Shown here: one piece after another, positions 61,970 through 64,000 of the stretch
How the letters are laid out: each line of letters opens with the position of its first letter
Numbering within the stretch: position 1 is the first letter of the stretch
NCBI GenBank assembly: GCA_965649765.1
Contig: OZ287748.1
Coordinates: forward strand, 59,210,001 to 59,274,000
Reading direction: 5' to 3'
DNA from: Bispira polyomma
Lineage: Eukaryota
DNA length: 64,000 bases
The notes under the pieces: generated by a model
What the model was told of the DNA's origin: nothing
What the model saw: only the letters and a program-made list of their open reading frames with translations
Database searches by the model: none
Program-made: the position numbers and the translations under genes

Positions 61970-64000
61970 TTAACTATTATAGACACTGTTTTCCACCATT
62001 TCAGCAATACTTCCTCTTAATTGCACTTCTTGTTTTACACTGTTACTTCCAGTGTCCTGACACGCCTCAGGATATTGTACCGTATCATATACTTCCACAT
62101 CGTCCTCTTGATCATTCTCATTCCTCTCAGAGCTGACAACATCTCTATCCTGGATCATGCTGGATTCTTCATACATGTCATTATCTATCAATGTATCTTG
62201 TACACTATCACAAACATTGCTGTCATAGACCTCATTCTCTACCAAATCCCGGTTGTTGGAAACACCGTAGTTATAAACATCATTTTCAATGAGGCCTTCA
62301 AGATTACTACTCGCAGACATAGTTACTGCTGTTTTTTGGAGACCATCTGAATGAAGCTGTGTATACACATTGCCTTCAGAAGGCACTGGGTTATCACCTA
62401 GATGGATTGTGGTAGCAGTATATGAAGTTTCAGATTTGGAATTATAGCCTTTCTTGCTTATTTCTCTCCTGAAAATAGATGCCTTACATTTTAGTAACAA
62501 TATAAGAAAAATACCAAATACAGTAGTCAACAATTAAAAAAAAAACATGCATTCAATATGTAAACAAAGATTTATTTGATACACAGACTAAACAGGATTG
62601 TGCATTATTGAAATACCTTTTCGTGATGACCATGCACACACCCACAGAAGTTGCTGCAACTATCAACACAACAGCACCAGCTGTAACTCCAATTATGATA
62701 CCTGTGCAAATATAGTACATGAGTACATATGGTGGTAATGACTGCAAACTCATATGGTAAGTAAGTGTTTGGTTTTAGCTGTTACAGTTTTTCCACTTTG
62801 AAAAATTGTGCTGCGAATGCACATTTAATTTATACTATATTACTGTTATTTCCTGTAGATCCAAAGAATATATAGGAAGTTTAAGAAAAAATGTACTTGC
62901 CCATTTGTTTGTTTTGTCCTTTGTTATTGTCAGTTTGAGGATCACCTTTTCCAGTCATGTGGATGGTTGTCAATGGTTGTGTTGGCTGTGGTATGATGGA
63001 GACTGGGTATTGTGGGCAGCCAGTCAGAGCAATCCCACATTGTATCGCCATAGAACCACCACCCACGGCTGTATAAATGTTTCACATAAAGTATACATAT
63101 TTATTTTACATCAATTATAACTCATTTATAATTATTTACAGATTTGTAGACACAACAAACTTGGCAGAAAATACTGGGGAATTAGTAGCACAAAGGGAAA
63201 TATCATTTGAAAATTTCTTAAATGAGAGGCAAATTTAATATGTTTACAATAAATGAGATGTTACAACTTGATAAATAATTTTTCAGAATTAAACCAAAAT
63301 TTTAGGTGAAGCATCAACATAATCAACCTACTCTTAGAGAGAACACTGTATGACATATTGTATAAAGTCTATAGACGGCGCTTATATTGTACATTTGCTA
63401 AAAGTTTACAATTTACAAAATCAGACATAATCTTACATTTGAAAGAGACGATGAGAGCGCCCTCTTCTCCTTTATACTGCAGTGTATACTCATCACTCTG
63501 TCCCTGTAGTATTCCTTCAATGTTATCACCAGGGATATATACCACAAGGAGTTTGCTTTGTGTACTTATTGTAAAATATATGCCCTCGCCTGTCAAAATA
63601 TTTCTGATGATACCATACTTAACTGTTGTCCCTATTGGAACTTTGAGCTTGCAGCAAAACTCAGCTTCCGATTTAATGCCCATTAAAGTCTCCATGAATT
63701 TTTCTTTAGAATCATAAAAATGTGTTGTATAACTCTGCAAGCTGCTGGTAAGAATAAAATAGTTTGTTTTTAGAGTTACATTTTGCCCAAAGGAAAGCAC
63801 ATGTTGAAAACACTCATGCCTGATGAGAAAAAATCTCTGTACATGATTGCCTTTCTCGCAATAATTGATGACTTCCTTGTTAGGGTTTCTATGCGTCCAA
63901 ATATTGGAATCGTTTTGATGATAATCTCTTTGCATCCTGCCAATAATATTGTCTGTCGCGTGGACAACATCACCCCTCCATGTTATCTGACATAAGATTC
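61970..64000 (-). CDS. Gene D (3' part): type I membrane protein with a long acidic tail carrying repeated NxxY motifs
   Basis: Exons >64000-63437 (open to the window edge), 62901-63068 (SVGGGSMAIQCG...stalk; GC donor), 62617-62701 (GIIIGVTAGAVVLIVAATSVGVCMVITKR), 61970-62468 (tail ending MVENSVYNS*). Phases are consistent (1,1,2) and the same as in gene A. Confidence 0.85.

Overview
AT-rich eukaryotic (animal, probably mollusc/bivalve; inference from repeat families and protein motifs) genomic window. Manual splicing on both strands gives a tandem cluster of five intron-containing genes for type I membrane proteins (signal peptide - Cys-containing ectodomain - Ser/Thr stalk - one TM helix - cytoplasmic tail). 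Three minus-strand paralogues (copy 0, mostly left of the window; A, 13288-22388, a complete 9-exon ~752-aa model; B, 24234-32869, disrupted) share a fibronectin type II-like exon. In A this is followed by a chitin-binding type 2-like module, a ~270-aa unassigned module, a mucin stalk and a tail packed with tyrosine motifs (YENM, YMN, NEYAVL, TEYATL). Gene C (+, 35171-51581) has two CUB-like repeats, an Arg inside its TM helix and a 12-aa tail. Gene D (-, 61970->64000) has a long tail with four repeated NxxY motifs. Together they look like a fast-evolving, paired-receptor-like immune or recognition cluster; function is inference. Introns and intergenic DNA are filled with Tx1/L1 and L2 LINE fragments, a degenerate Ngaro/DIRS tyrosine-recombinase retrotransposon, a solo LTR, tRNA-derived SINEs and Harbinger-, Kolobok-, Ginger- and Tc1/pogo-like TIR elements, several nested with readable TSDs. 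No prokaryotic genes, CRISPR array or genuine RNA genes are supported.
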